From NCBI RefSeq assembly GCF_000002865.3, contig NW_001865082.1, positions 67,894 to 131,893 of the forward strand: a DNA stretch of 64,000 bases, given 5' to 3'. How positions within the stretch are numbered: position 1 is the stretch's first letter; each line of letters starts with the position of its first letter. Source of the DNA: Monosiga brevicollis MX1 (lineage: Eukaryota). Of this stretch, positions 36,933 through 48,614 are shown in pieces. The notes beneath the pieces were generated by a model. That model ran no database searches, was not told where the DNA came from, and saw only the letters and a list, made by a program, of their open reading frames with translations. Position numbers and translations under genes: made by a program.

Positions 36933-39472
36933 ATGAAGATGAGGTTGGCGGTGACGGTGGCGGTGGCGATGGTGGTGGCCCTGGTGGGGGGCGTGCGGGC
37001 CATGAATGTGGAGCAGCTGACGGAGATGGCTGCGGTCATGGGGGAGGAGTTTGAGACGGAGATCGCAGCGGCCCGTGCGTCGTGGAGCGCCTTCAACTTG
37101 ACCATGCGCGATGGCGTTCAGCTCTGGACGGTGTTCCTCAATCTGCATAGCGAGGGCACCTGGCCAACCGTTGTCATCCGCAGCCCTTACGGTCCCGATG
37201 GCACGGAGAATCTTGCCGATCTCTTCCTGCCCTTTGGTGAGAAATGTTTGGATAAGCTACGGTGCCGCCCCCTCGTTCGTGCATGCGGCTTTGGCAAGAT
37301 CCGCAACCATGATCGAAATGCGGCGGGGCCACGGCATGCTGCCTGTTGTCTGTTTGGCAAGCTCAAGAAGAGCCCTCGGTTTTTTTGGCCGTGACCACCA
37401 CTCATGCAATCGGCTTTTCGTCCGTCCAGGTTTCGTGGTTGTGGAGCAGAATCAGCGTGGTACCGGCCAATCGGAAGGCAACTTTACTTTCTGGTCGACC
37501 TGCCCAGATGACGAAGCTGACACGATTAGCTGGATCAAGCAGCAGGTATCGATATGAAACCCGCTCTAACCTGCTCGTTTCCGATCGCGCCGCTCATTTG
37601 TTTTTCCGCCCCGCCCATCGCTAGTCCTGGAGCAATGGTCAAGTCTACATCATGGGAGCTTCAGCCGATGGCATCAACGCCATCTTGGCCATGCGCCAGC
37701 AGCAGCAAGAACTGGGCCAGTGGCTTATTTTCAGCCTGGGCGTCGGCTACGCCGCTGCCTTTCAGGGCGGGGCCCTCAAGCAAAACCTGGCAAAGGAATG
37801 GCTCAAAGGCATGCAGGACTACCGACCCGACGCTCCCAGCTACTACGAGACGGTGCTGCTGCCCCACGAACAGTATGGCGATTGGTGGCAGCAGCGCACT
37901 CTCAACAACGACTCCACCATCACCTTCCCCTCCATCTTCTGGGCCGGTTCGTGACCGCACAGACTTCAGTGGAATGCGTGTGATACTTTTTCTGGCGGTC
38001 ACACAGAATCAATGAGGCCCGGGTGGATTTGCCCTCACCATCTCACGCGGCTGCATTCCCATGGCAGGCTGGTATGACATTTTCCTGCAGCCCATGATGG
38101 ATACCTTTGAGGGCTACCTTTACAAGAGTGTCGATCCTCAACAATCTCGCATGATTATTGGCCCTCGCGGTCACTGCCTCACCGAGCACCCGTTTCTGTA
38201 CGTTGTCTCCTGTCTCTCGCCCCATCTTGTCTGTGTTGTTCATCTTCACGACATGGATTGCCATTTCCGCACGCCCTTCCAGCTTCCCGGATGACCGCTA
38301 CGCCGAGGTGTGGAGCTACGAAACAGCACTCAGCATCTACGGCAACGGCACCCTGCCCGCCTCCCCCCTCTACCCGCGCTGGCAACGAGCCATGGCCAAA
38401 GTAAGCCTTGCATAAGGTGTAAATGCACCGCCGCTTCCTTTCTGGTTCATCCACACCTCATGACTGGGTTTGGCTGGCTCTAGTATCTGGGTGTTGACGG
38501 CTACAAAGCGGCCCATAATTTGGAGCGCTACACCCTCTATGTGATGGGCCCTTCGCGCGGTGCCCCGCCCTCGGCCGATGTGACGGCAGTCGCAGCCGAG
38601 AACACCACGGGCATGTACTGGACCACTTCACCCGAGTTTCCCCAAGCAACAACGCACAACTTGTTCTTGGATGACGCCGAGCGACTGCAAGAGTTGAATC
38701 CTGCGGTGAGACCTGTTGATTTCTCTCCTCTCTGTGCCATTAAACCTGAAACCGAATTGCTTTGCTTGTAAAACCATGCGGTGTTTAATCAGGGTCCACG
38801 CCCCTCTGCACCCTCCTTGTTGCCTGTACTCACCTGCACTGCTTGCCGGTTCTTTCCTTGTCGTTATAGACGCAAAATTCCAAGACCTACTTGTACAATC
38901 CCAACAACACGGTACCTACCGTAGGTGGCAACAACCTGGAGCTGGCGTGCGGTCCCCATGACCAACGCCCAGTGGAAAACCGCTCCGATGTGCTTGTCTT
39001 CACCACTGGTCCCATGATTGAGGACACGGCGGTTGTTGGCCGAATTCGGGTTCGCCTCTTTGTTTCGAGCGACCGGGTGGACACGGACTTTACCGTCAAG
39101 ATCTCCGACGTGTACCCATTGCTCAAGGGTGGCGACTCAATCTTGATTGGCGACTCGATTCAGCGCATGCGCTGGCGTAATGGTCCCGAACAAAACGCCG
39201 CACCCATGGAAGCCGGTGAGATTTACGAGATCACCATTGATCTGTGGCCCACGGCCTACATCTTTGCCAAGGGCCACCGTTTGCGCTTGGTAGTCTCGAG
39301 CAGCAACTACCCGCGTTTCAGCGCCAACCCCAACAACGGGCTGCCTCTCGACCAAAGTGGCCCGATTCTGGCAGCCAATAACACCATTTACTTTGGCGGA
39401 GACACGCCGTCGGCGGTAGAGCTGCCCGTCGTGAGCGCCGAGCAGATTCCGCGTAACGTGCCCATCCCCTGA
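36933..39472 (+). CDS. Secreted CocE/NonD (peptidase S15) alpha/beta hydrolase, multi-exon
   Basis: Signal peptide; MRDGVQLWT, PTVVIRSPYG, EQNQRGTGQSEG, WSNGQVYIMGASADG, AGWYD, IGPRGH, DQRPVENRSDVLVFTT, SSSNYPRFSANPNNG. Confidence 0.9.
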
Positions 39473-39719
39473 GCCCAAACGCCTCTTTTTGTAACATCAA
39501 AGGCTTGGCTTGCTACCCGCCACATTGGATACCATGAACTAGCGTGGTTGCATAGAGTCAATTGACCAACTCACGTTTCGGTCGCAAACATTCCCTGCAC
39601 ACCATTCAGTTGACACACACAATCTGAATTCTTCTGCTCCGCATGCAAAAACAAAAGCAAGAACAACAAAACACCTCGAAAGACTGGTTCTGATAAAATT
39701 CCTTGGCATACAGGCTTCA

Positions 39720-42700
39720 TTACAGCACGAGAGTTTCTCGCGAATAGACGGGCACCCGTTGAGGCATGTTGCGCGTTTGCTTGGGGTTTTTATTAGCGTT
39801 CTGGAGAGCCCGGAGCACTCCCAGCAAAGGCGCAGCGGCCTGGGCAATCGCCAGATGCGCGTTGATGGCCCGTTGCATCGACTCCAGAAGCGCAGCCCTT
39901 CAAAGTCAAACGCACCACAAGCACTTGTGAGTGGAATACCAAAACATTACCAAAGCAAATAAACATGCTTTTGTTTCGTTGGCAACAGCCACAGACAAGT
40001 GAGTCACCGGCTGCAACACAACATGTGGGTAATCAACTCACCCTTCGGGAGAAGTGACAAGGCGCAGCGCCAAAGCATCCACGAGCGTCGTGGCAATGAC
40101 AATCAGCGCCGGAACGGCAGGTGGGCGCTCCACAAACAAGGCATCACTCGATTGCAGCAGAAGCAACTGCAAGAGTGTAAGCAGGCGCTTCAACAACGCC
40201 TACGATGATCATGGTCGTCGGCAGATGGCACGTGGTAAATCAGAATCAGTACGCCCAGCACAAATTCAGCGGGCACCAGCTGCGTACCTCCAGTTTGTCT
40301 GCACTTATCCGCCGCGCAGCACGACCGAGTTGCAACTCGTCCACCTTGAGTAATGAGAGCTGTCACGTGCGATTGGAATGAAAAGATGAGACGGTACCAA
40401 GCCCCATGCGTAGGAGAGAGGAAAAAAAAAAACAAAAAAACAAAAAAACAAAAAAAAAAAAAAAAAAAAAAAAAACTCACCTCAGCCAGGACAGTCATGA
40501 CCAGGCTTTCGGAAGCATCGTTTGCTTCGCTGTTGCATACGGCAACCAGGTCGGCTACAGCTCTGTCGCATTGTGAACAAATTTAAAGAAGCCAATCGAA
40601 GCATCAGCGCGCAGACGGTAAACGTCATCCAATGCGACCGTCACAAACAGGGCGCAGCTGGCAGACGACGTACGTGAGGAGATCTTCTTCTGTGATGACG
40701 CCCAGGGTTCGGAGAGCAAATGGTAGGGTAAACTTGTGCTGGGCCACCAGCACAGGTAGCAAGCCCGGTACGTCCCTGAAGGAATTGAGAAGGGTCAGCA
40801 CATCTCACGTTGCCATGCAGGTTGTGTCGGCAGGCGTAGGGGCGATGACTGACCAGCCATTGATGGGGGCGTGGGTCAGGCAGACGCGAACCACCTCCTC
40901 AGTGAGGTGACGCTGGTCTCGAACGAGTTGACGAAGCAAACGCGCAACTTGATCCGCCGACGGCTGCGTCAAACTGACCCACTGTCGGCAGGCCTCGGCA
41001 AAAGCCTCGTCGGTCATGGACTGTAGATAAACGAGAAGGCAGAGAATGAGATTCCCAAGACACACACAAATCAATGGCTCAACAAAACCGATTTGGCGAC
41101 AGCATTCGAGGGGATGCGTTAAGCCACTCTTCGCACAGCACGACCCAACCCGACCCGGCACTCAAGACACCAAGGATGGGCATACCGCTTGTTGCTGCAG
41201 GAGCGACTGCAGCTGCGATTCAGCGGTATCGGCATTGGTCGGCTCTTGCACGACAGGGGTTGCCACGTTGCCGGTGGTCAGCAAAGTGGCGAGGGTCACC
41301 TCCCGACGATCCTCATCGGTCAGGGGCATGGCATACACTGCGTAGCCAGAGTGACGATCAAAGGCAGGCCCGCGAATGTGAGATCGCGCAGCAAACAAGA
41401 AGCTGAGGATTTGCTTGATGAGGACATTAACGCACTGTGCTGGGAAGTGACAACCACGAGCGCCTCCTCTGAGCTGGCAAAGGCCAGCGGGTGCTGTTTC
41501 TTGCTGGGGACCGTAAGGGCTTGTTGAGTGTTCTGTGCACACAACAAGAAGCAAGGGCTCGCATGAGCATGGCTAAAAGCAGATGCTAGGCTTGCCGCTG
41601 GCTGTGTCGGCGAGCAAGGCACACGTACGATGATGCGATTGAACTTGGTGGCAATGGTGAGAACATCATAGTGAGTTGATTTGCGTTGTTGCAAGCACAA
41701 GTAAATGCGGCCCGGGCCGGCACACATGGTGACACCACGCTCAGTGGGCAGCTGTTAACGTCGGTTCGGTCGGGTATGAGAGGATGTATAGAATGCTCGA
41801 ATCCAACCAGACCATGGCAAAGGCCGCAGATGGGCATTGTACCTCGTAGATGTCGGGCAGGCTCAGGGGCATCTGTCGAAATGAAGCGCCGTGGCGACGA
41901 TAGTCGTCCAGGCACAGCAAAGTGGCGTTTGTGCGAGCATCTACGACTACGGTGGCGTGTACGCGGTGAGTGCGTGACATTCGGTACGAGTCACCAAAGC
42001 CTGCTGAGAGGAAAATCGCAATGCAGGCGCTCGTACCAAGCAGATAGAGGCTGTGACCCCATGCACACACGTCCCGAACGACCGCATCCTGGGCCAGTCT
42101 GCATCACAAGAGTTGAATGCCATCAGAGCACGATGAAGGGGAGAGAGTGATGGGGGGAGGGCATGATAGAGAGAGAAAGACTGACTTGGGCAGATCCAAG
42201 ATGGTGGGATTCTCGAATTGATCCACACAATGGCAAGTGACTTGGCTCGCCTAGAGCAGAGAAGGAAGCGGGAAACGGAAAGGAGAGACAGAAAGGGAGG
42301 TCGAGGGCAGGTGAGCAGGCGGCACTGGGACAGGCGCTGGGTATGTGAGGCTGAGTGTGGGCCAGTGTTTTACCGAGTTCAGGGTGACGAGGGCAAGGGC
42401 AGGGATCAGGGTGGTGAGGACTGGGGCGCCATCCAGTGGGGAAATGCCCAATGAGGCAACCTGAGCAGTCTCAAGGTCCACGTGGAAGAAATGCACGCCG
42501 TCCTAGAAATGTGCCAAGGGCCAGAAGGGGGGGCTTTGAGGAAGAGAGGAGAATACATCTGTGGTGGCAGGTAGGCTTGCGCAGCTTTTTCTGGAAATTT
42601 TCCTCAGAACTCAGCCTCCGATGCTTGCACATGTTTGGAGGCGGGGCAATTATTGCCCCACGAACGAACACACCTTGAGGATGCAAGCAAAGATGCCCTT

Positions 42701-43360
42701 GGCTTCATCGACAATGACCAGGTCCAAGGGGGCAGAAGGGAGCATGGCAGCCGCAGTCGGCGTGGCGCCCAGATTGCTGCTAAAGGGCTTGATGACAACC
42801 GTCTAGGTGGTGGCGTTGCAAGCAAAGGTAAACGCACTGATGACAACAGGAAAAAGGGGGTGACAGGCGGCAGGTACATACGACATCAGTGGTGTAGACG
42901 ACGATGGACTGCATGATGAGTTCCTTGGTGGGCAGGTCTTGGGGGTTGGGAGGCAGGAAGAAGACGGCATGGGAGGCGTCGGCGGGCAATTTGACATTGC
43001 CAGCGCTCTCACGAGTGTCGGCCTGCAAGAACAGTGGGCAGGGGAAAATTTGAGGGGGTAGAACAGCAGCTGGGCGTGGTGGAGGGTACTTGGTCTGAGC
43101 TGCAAGGATGGGACGCATAGCCCAACCTCGTAGATCCATAGATTGTGGTCGGCGGCCAAACCCGCTACAAGGGTCTGGGAGAGTTGGGCGCGCAAGAAGC
43201 GCTGTGCCTTGCCTAAGACCATTCGCGCCGTAAATAGTTGATGAGGCATTGGTTCACAAGGAAAGGAGATTCATGGGTATGTGCGAGACGATGGCCATGG
43301 AAGGAGAAAGGAGAAAGGAGAAAGAAGGAGAGGGAGAAAGGAGAAAGGAGGAGGAGGAGA

Positions 43361-43395
<35 letters not shown>

Positions 43396-43704
43396 AAGCA
43401 GGCAGGAGAAGCAGGCACGAAGAAAGCAAGCAAGCGGAGAAGAAGTGATGACAGCGCCAGAAAAAAAAAAAAAAAGATGCATTCCAGAGTGCCAATAGGA
43501 GGCGGGAGGAAGAAGAAGTAGAGGAAGAAAGAAGGAAAAGGGAGGCAAATCGAGCAGAGGAGGAGGAGGAGGAGGGAAGGAGGCGGCGGGGAAGGAGGGA
43601 GGAGGGAGGAGGAGGGAGGAAGGAGGAGGGGAAGGGGGAGGAAGGAGGCGGCGGGGGACGGGAGACGTACCGGTGAGCGCGGCCACCTCGTGCCATGCGG
43701 CCAT
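39720..43704 (-). CDS. Probable nucleolar protein 11 / Utp8-like protein (SSU processome t-UTP), multi-exon
   Basis: Exon 1 MAAWHEVAALT splices in phase over intron 43670-43213 to GKAQRFL; C-terminus PALIVIATTLVDALALRLVTSPEG...ALLESMQRAINAHL...VPVYSRETLVL* resembles the recalled NOL11 C-terminus (LLLDANF...PEAKRLL...LYSIEVLELF). Confidence 0.55.
43298..43662. repeat. Purine-rich low-complexity tract (GGA/GGGA/GAGCAG) inside intron 1 of the NOL11-like gene
   Basis: Directly visible; flanked by a GTACGT donor and TAG acceptor on the minus strand. Confidence 0.85.
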
Positions 43705-43972
43705 GATGCTGACTTTCTGTGTTTCAAAAATAGAGGCGGTGAGTTGAAATTGTGAGTCTGCTCGAGGTCCAGGGGGAACTGGGAGATTGTTGGTGTGACA
43801 ACTTTAAAAGCGGGGCGACTTTGGCGTAGAGATGGAAAGCAGAGGAAGAGGTACATCGGATGTATCATATGAGAGTTCGAGGAGAAGAGGAAGAGTCGCT
43901 GACTCGATTGAATGCTCTACGTCAACTCGGGACAGTACGAGCAACTTATAATACTAATGTGCATCGGGATCG

Positions 43973-44066
43973 CACAGACACAGACACAGACCCCGAAGAC
44001 CAACACAGATACAGACACAGATGCAGACACAGACACAGAGACAGACACACAGACATAGAGACACAG
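43973..44066. repeat. (CACAGA)n imperfect hexamer repeat
   Basis: Directly visible, 3' of Ro60. Confidence 0.85.
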
Positions 44067-44133
44067 TCACACCACTTGTCCATCCCTCGCCCACGGACGC
44101 CCACGAACACCACAACGCAGACGGCTCATTCTT

Positions 44134-45729
44134 TTAGATGAGGCGGTCGGCGATGAAGTCGGCCATGATTTGAGGAGCGGCGCTGTCAAAGCCAACAAAG
44201 TCTAGCATGTTGGGGTCGGCGGGGTCGGCAATGCTAAAGTTGGTGCTGCTCATGCCGGCGACGACCAGCTTGCTGTTGGGGATGCCGCTGTGCTGGCGGT
44301 AGCGGCGCATGGCAGCGGCGGGTTGCTCGTTAAAGTAGGTCTCGTTGTCGGTGTAGACAATAAAGGCATCAACGGGCAGGCCCAGGGCTTCGGCATTGCG
44401 GATGGGCAGGGAGCAGTCGGTGGCACCCATGCGAATGGCCTCAATCTTATTAATGACCTCTTCGAGTGTGTCCTTGCGGCGGAGATGGATGGGGACGAGC
44501 TCGTCGCTAAAGCCAACAACTCGGGCAGCCTTCTCGGTGCGGAGGGTGAGCATGCACATGACCGCAGAGGCCTCACGTGGAGTCAGGTCCGAGCCGCCAC
44601 AGTTGCCCCAGGTCATGCTGCCCGAGACGTCGAGCGCGATGAGAATCCTCTTGCCCGTGGGTTCCACCGTGTGGAAGGACAGGTAAAAGGCTTTCTCAAG
44701 GGCGTCCACAAGAGCGGGCACAGGCTCCCACGTCTGCCCGCCTCGCAAGCCCCGGCCAGAGCTGTAGACCTTGCGTGCTGAGAGCACGGCTAAGGGGTGG
44801 ACGCGGCCCTTTCGCAGGACTTCCTCGCTGGTAATGAGCTGAACCATGGCCTCGAGGTTGTGGGCCTCTTCAAAGAGGCCGAGGCGCGTCATCTTGTTCA
44901 GGTTGCGGATGGCAGCCGTGATGGGCATGTTGGGCAGCAGCTTTTGCCAAATCTGGGGCAGCTTGAGCAAGTCGGTGGAGAGGTGCTCACGGGCCAGCTT
45001 GTGGCGAGGGATCAGCTCCAAGACCTCATCAAGGGTATCCTCCGTAGCCTTGGTGGTGGTCTCCACTGCTCGAAGAAAAGCGAGCACGGGCTCGACTTCA
45101 GCCAAATCACTGGGGCGGAGGTTGCCCAGGAGCTCGTCCACGCCGGTCATGCCGTGCGTGATGTAGCGGAAGATGAGCTGCTGGCTGCTGTCGCGAGTGC
45201 GGGGGTGGACGAGGCGGAGGAGATCGCGGTGGGTCCAGGACTCGCGGTTGCGGTACTTGGTGACGGTGAAGGCCAGGCGATCTGCGGGCTTGCTGGTGTA
45301 CCAGCGTGCAATAGCGGCGCGCGCAACGCGGCCCCAGCCCTTGGACTGGCCCAGAGACGTCATAAAGCCGACAAACATGAAGAGGTGGGTGGGAATGCGG
45401 CAAACCTCAGGCAGCATGGTGTAGGCCGCCTTGACCACGGCCAGGTCAGTGCTGCGGCATGCCATGGCCAGCGCAAACATGGTCGGGGTCTGGCGGGGTG
45501 CACGGCCACCCAAGGAAACCGCCTTGATCGCCTCCAGGGCCTCAAGGCCACGGCCGTCGTTGAACAGACGCAGCAGGCACCCGGCGTTCTCCACCGTCAG
45601 TTGACTCTCTGAAGCGTAGAAAGTGCCACCCTCGGTGCCAAGCATCAGGAAGCGGTGCAGGCGACCGAGGTCGTCGATTTCGTACGACGCGCCACCGGCG
45701 CTGTTGACTGTGGTGGGCATCGAGCTCAT
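44134..45729 (-). CDS. RO60: Ro60 RNA-binding protein (TROVE plus vWA domains), intronless
   Basis: NSAGG...RLHRFLMLGTEGGTFY, VCRIPTHLF, GWGR, TKYRNRESWTHRDLLRLVHP, MPITAAIRNLNKMT, GKRILIALDVSGSM, GATDCSLP, FIVYTDNET, FSIADPADPNMLDFVGFD. Confidence 0.97.
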   Translation of the reverse strand: MSSMPTTVNSAGGASYEIDDLGRLHRFLMLGTEGGTFYASESQLTVENAGCLLRLFNDGRGLEALEAIKAVSLGGRAPRQTPTMFALAMACRSTDLAVVKAAYTMLPEVCRIPTHLFMFVGFMTSLGQSKGWGRVARAAIARWYTSKPADRLAFTVTKYRNRESWTHRDLLRLVHPRTRDSSQQLIFRYITHGMTGVDELLGNLRPSDLAEVEPVLAFLRAVETTTKATEDTLDEVLELIPRHKLAREHLSTDLLKLPQIWQKLLPNMPITAAIRNLNKMTRLGLFEEAHNLEAMVQLITSEEVLRKGRVHPLAVLSARKVYSSGRGLRGGQTWEPVPALVDALEKAFYLSFHTVEPTGKRILIALDVSGSMTWGNCGGSDLTPREASAVMCMLTLRTEKAARVVGFSDELVPIHLRRKDTLEEVINKIEAIRMGATDCSLPIRNAEALGLPVDAFIVYTDNETYFNEQPAAAMRRYRQHSGIPNSKLVVAGMSSTNFSIADPADPNMLDFVGFDSAAPQIMADFIADRLI

Positions 45730-45912
45730 GGTTGCGATACTCTTGATACTTTCTCAATCGTAGAGCTTAAAGTACTTCTCAAACAACGCTCGCTCCGCGT
45801 CCGGACCAAACAAGACCACCTTGCCAGTCAAGTCAAGTGAAGCCTCTACGAGCAATGTCGAGAAGAAAATGCCTGTCCGTCCCCGCTGCCTTTCACTTGA
45901 ACACCAGCGCGC

Positions 45913-45915
<3 letters not shown>

Positions 45916-45974
<59 letters not shown>
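45916..45974. repeat. (TG)n microsatellite in the Ro60/JmjC divergent intergenic region
   Basis: Directly visible. Confidence 0.95.
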
Positions 45975-45976
<2 letters not shown>

Positions 45977-46308
45977 ATGCTCGTATCAGGCTGCTAAAGA
46001 TAGGAGATGAGACGTTGATCAACGTTGTTGCTTTGCCTTGGGCTTTGAGCCAAAGTGCATAAAAGTCTACATCAAGTAACACTTATAACATTAACAAAAC
46101 AACAACTTCTCGTATGTATACTACGAAAAATCAAATGTCAGCCCGTGTTACATCTGTGTGCTAAATTTAGACGGGGACCAATTCTGGCAAGAGAGCGAGA
46201 GAGAGGCGAGAGCACAGTGACCCGGAGGGGGAGGGGGAGGGGCACGACCGCTGACAGGACGGGGAGGACAGGGAGGGAGACGCAGTGGGCTTTGTGATTG
46301 TCGAGGCC

Positions 46309-47932
46309 ATGAGGGCTGGGGTTGGTGTTTGCGGGTTGTGGGTGGTGGCGCTGGGGGTGCTGGGGGTATGGGGTAGTGGTGTTGGAGCGTGGGGATCAGA
46401 TGACGAGTTGTTGCCGTGGGATGCCGCTGCTGAGCGGGAGCATGCAGGCTGTGCCCTTGTGTTTGGGCCCGCGGCGAGTGCCTTGGGGGCGAGCCTGCGA
46501 CCCTGGCTGACGGAACAGGTCCCACAGCAAGGCCTCGTCGTGGCTTATGATCTCATGCAAGATAGCGACGCCCTCGTGTACCCGCCGCGGCCCCGTGCTC
46601 AGTCTTGCCTTGGCGCACCTCCCAGCCGCCCTCCCCCCGTCGCTTTTCCGCACGCGCTGAACGCCGCCGCCCTGCCGCAGTTCCTGGAGCTGGTCAACGC
46701 GGCATGCGGCACGTTTTTGGCCCCAGATGGTGGGCTCACGGCGCTAGGTCGGGCCGTAAAGGATCAGCAAGCTCGCCTCTTCTATCCAGCCCGGCATGCA
46801 GAGGCGTGTCCGGAGCTCGATGCCGCCAGCCTCGACTCTGCTCGCTTTTGGCGCGACTATATCCTGCCGGCCCGCCCTGTCATTCTTCGCGGTCAGTCTT
46901 GTGCTTCACTGTGGTGCCAAGTGACGTTGTGCGTCGATCTGTTGCCCTTGTCGGCGTAACATCATGATCACTGCGCTTCTTTTCGTTGTTGCAGGTCTTC
47001 TGGCAGATAGTGTCGCCATGACCAAGTGGAGCAATGAATACCTGCGTCAAACCTTTGGCACGCAGGCCGTGCACGTCAAGTTTGCACCCTTGGGCCAGTT
47101 TGAGGGCATTGAAGATGCTGGCCTCTGGAACGCGCGTCCAGAGCGCATCCCCGCGGCGGTGCGCGCACAACTAGCCCACCCCGAGCTTGTGGTGGTGCGC
47201 CCAGCCCATCGTGACATGGCCCTGCGCCATTTTCTGGATTTTGTTGAGACGGCTCGCGTGGTCAATCGCACGGCCACGGCCTACCTCGAGTACACGGAAA
47301 TGGCCGCCCACTTTCCCGCGCTCTTGCCCGATCTGCCCCCCCTGCCCATCACCGCCGAGCTTCCGCTACGCCATCAAAACCTTTGGCTCAGTGATGGCCA
47401 TACCCGCGGCAAGATGCACTTTGATCCCTTTGAGAACATCCTGGCCATGGTGTCGGGGCAGAAACGCCTATTTCTGTACGCTCCGACCAACAACTCGCTT
47501 CTAGGCGAGGGGCATATCCCCGAGGCCGAGCTCACCTATTACCCACACCTCGACGAATTTCGCCGTCATCGCTTACAAGAAGCTACGGCCATGGTCATGG
47601 CTGCCGTTGATATCGAGGCGCCCGACTTTGCCGACCGCCACCCGCTTCTGGTTCAGGTGCCCTATCTCGATTGCACCATCCAGCCGGGCGACGCCCTCTT
47701 CATGCCCGCCTTTTGGTGGCACGAGGTCCAGTCCCAGCCCGACGCCGACGAGCACCGCAACCTGGCCGTCAACTACTGGTATGAGCCCGTGTGGACTCGC
47801 GAATTTCCCTGCCCCACCTGCGATCGTGTCTACAACCGCCACATCTACGGCGATGCCCTCCTGCGCCACCAAGCCCAAGACCAACCACATACCCCACCCG
47901 CGCCCTCGTATAGCCACCATCAGCCCCATTAG
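46309..47932 (+). CDS. JmjC (cupin-like) 2-oxoglutarate/Fe oxygenase with N-terminal signal-like segment; intron ~46892-46994
   Basis: FWRDYILPARPVILRG, NLWLSDG...MHFDPFENILAMVSGQKR, QPGDALFMPAFWWHEVQS, NLAVNYWY; HxD...H triad intact. Confidence 0.9.
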
Positions 47933-48614
47933 CTCATCTTATTCTATCAGCTCCTTTCACACAGCCCTCTGAAAGCTCCACCGTCACCGCGCCCGCCCTT
48001 TCTCGCTGCCGCCTCGGGTCCGGCGCGAGCCGCAGCTCACGCTGTGGTGATGATGAACCAGATCTCAAACACGTACATTTTCCTTATCCAGACCAACAGT
48101 AAATCAAATAACTGTAACATTACATAATGCATAAAATACTGTTGATCTCATCTATACGCCGCGAAAAGTCGCAAAACGTCTGCAAAAGCTAAAGAACTAA
48201 CAACAGTAACGCTTCGTTCACCTGCAATAAGTCTGAATTTAAAATAGAAAACTTGAAAATTCAAATTTTTCAATTTTCAAAATCAACGCTCGTGAGCGCG
48301 CGGTTGCGGGTGCATCACTCACTGGCAGCTCCCCGGTGGTGCCTGTGGCTCGGCTCGGCTCGAACGACACTGCCCTGGATCGGCCGGTGATCTGATCGCT
48401 CTGGGCCTGGATGCTGGCAGAGCCTGGCGAGGGCCTGTGTGTGTTTTTGTGTGTGTGTTTGTGGATGTGAGGGTGGGGGAAGGAGGCGGGCCAGGGACAA
48501 CATTGCGGGTGGGCGACCTGACATCTCGAATGTTTGCTGTGTTCGCTCGCGTAGCTCGTAGTCGTCCCGAGCGTCGGCAGGGCTGGTTTGCAGGCGGCAA
48601 GCAGCACCAGTGCC

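Noticed and set aside
43213..43868. Low-complexity Pro/Ser/Leu or Glu/Arg ORFs
   Set aside because: Translations of the intronic purine tract
44290..45612. Long + strand ORFs antisense to Ro60
   Set aside because: Shadow frames of a GC3-rich coding sequence
6244..45729. RNase III and Ro60 as a functional RNA-processing cluster
   Set aside because: About 37 kb apart and separated by many unrelated genes; no evidence of linkage
45795..45840. Y-RNA-like half motifs (TTGACT and TGGTCCGG on the minus strand) upstream of Ro60
   Set aside because: They are in the reverse order from a Y RNA stem, and there is no Pol III T-run terminator
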